Shown here: positions 62,755 to 64,000 of the stretch, in pieces
Position numbering within the stretch: position 1 is the first letter of the stretch
Layout of the letters: the number at the start of each line of letters is the position of its first letter
Source: Octopus sinensis
Lineage: Eukaryota
Length of the DNA stretch: 64,000 nt
Direction: 5' to 3'
Assembly (NCBI RefSeq): GCF_006345805.1
Contig: NC_043007.1
Location: forward strand, 48,050,001 to 48,114,000
Notes under the pieces: generated by a model
Told to the model about the DNA's origin: nothing
The model's database searches: none
What the model saw: only the letters and a program-made list of their open reading frames with translations
Program-made: the position numbers and the translations under genes

Positions 62755-64000
62755 CATCATCATTATTTAACATCTGATGTTGGCATGGGTTGGACGGTTT
62801 CACCAGGGCTGGAAAGCTGAAAGGCTGCACCAGACTCCAGTCTGATTTGGAATGGTTTCTATGGCTGGATGCCCTTCTTAACACAAACCACTCTGAGATT
62901 GTAATGGGTGCTTTTACATGCCACCAGCACAGGTGCTTGATGTGTGACATTAGTATCTGTCACAACTACTATTTCACTAAGCTTGATGAGTCTTCTCAGG
63001 CACAGCAAATCACCAAGGGTTTCGGTCATTCATCATTGTTTCTGTGAAGCCTAATGCTCAGAAAGTGTCTTTTACATGCCATTGGCACAGGTGCTAGTTA
63101 CACAACACCAGCATCTGTCATGTTGTCTCCACAACGCCTAACATTCAAATGCTGTTCCTTATGTGCCACTGGGATGGGTGCCAGTTGCATGAAACCAACA
63201 TCAGTCATGACTACAATTTCACTTGGCTTGACAGGTCTTCTCAAGCATGGCATATCACCAAAGGTCTCAGTCACTACTCATTACCTCCATGAGACCCAAC
63301 GTTTGAAGATCATGCTTCACTACCTCACCCCATTTCTTCTTGGGTCTACCTCTACCACAGGATCCCTCCACAGTTAGCAACAGGCACTTCTTTACACAGC
63401 TGTCCTCTTTCACACACATCACGTGACCATACCAGCACAGTTGTCTCTCTTGCTCACTAATCTGATGCCTCTTAAGCCCAACTTTTCTCTCAAAATGCTT
63501 ACACTTTGTCATACATGCACACTGACATTGCACATCCAGCAAAGCATACTAGTTTCATTTTTTCAAGCCTACACATGTCCCCAGCAGTCACAGCCCATGT
63601 TTCACTGCCATGTAGCATAGTGGTTCACACACAGGCATTATACAGTCTGCTTTTCACTCTGAGGGAGAGGCTCTTTGTTGCCAACAGAGGTAGGAGCTCT
63701 CTGAACTTTGCCATGGCCATTCTTATTCTCTCAGCTATGCTCCCATACCATCCACCACTGTTACTGACCTGGTCACCTAAATAATGAAAGCTATCTACTA
63801 CCTCTAGCTTACCCTTCCCTAGCAGTCGATGGAGTCTATTTTCTGCACCTTTCACACACAAGAACTATTTTCCCAGTTAATCTCCGTCTGATATTGCTGC
63901 ACCTATTATGTGTCCGCAGGGGTACATCTTATGGATTTTCTACCCATGCCTTTTCTACAGTTTGAGCAAGATCATCTACCTGAAGAGATTTGTGATTTGT
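62755..64000 (-). mobile_element. RTE-clade LINE 3' fragment, runs off the window
   Basis: VDSFHYLGDQVSNSGG...RIRMAMAKFRELLPLL and WYGHVMC...GRGRPKKKW remnants; same family as 23755-24960. Confidence 0.82.

Overview
AT-rich, repeat-dense animal genomic DNA. The SINE, RTE and microsatellite content looks like an octopod cephalopod (inference). The main gene is on the + strand and is missed by the ORF track because its exons are only 47-137 bp. Fifteen exons with GT-AG boundaries and compatible phases splice into one open frame. The frame encodes most of one CAP(SCP/CRISP)-EGF-ShKT module (its N-terminus lies upstream of the window), a Pro/Lys linker, and a complete second CAP-EGF-ShKT module. 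A probable Thr-rich linker exon follows at 48319-48422. Each module resembles the Conus cysteine-rich venom proteins Tex31/Mr30. The modules arose by tandem duplication (offset about 22.6 kb) and differ at 29 amino-acid-changing codons versus only 2 synonymous codons. The introns hold mariner/Tc1 remnants, three R4/Dong-type LINEs nested in (TAA)n, RTE LINEs, a deleted Ty3/gypsy element, a solo LTR and many SINEs. A cluster of four fold-back repeats at 38.6-40.0 kb contains type I hammerhead-ribozyme motifs typical of Penelope-like elements. Most ORFs in the supplied track are microsatellite or repeat artefacts. Exon boundaries were read base by base; repeat boundaries and percent identities are approximate, by-eye estimates.
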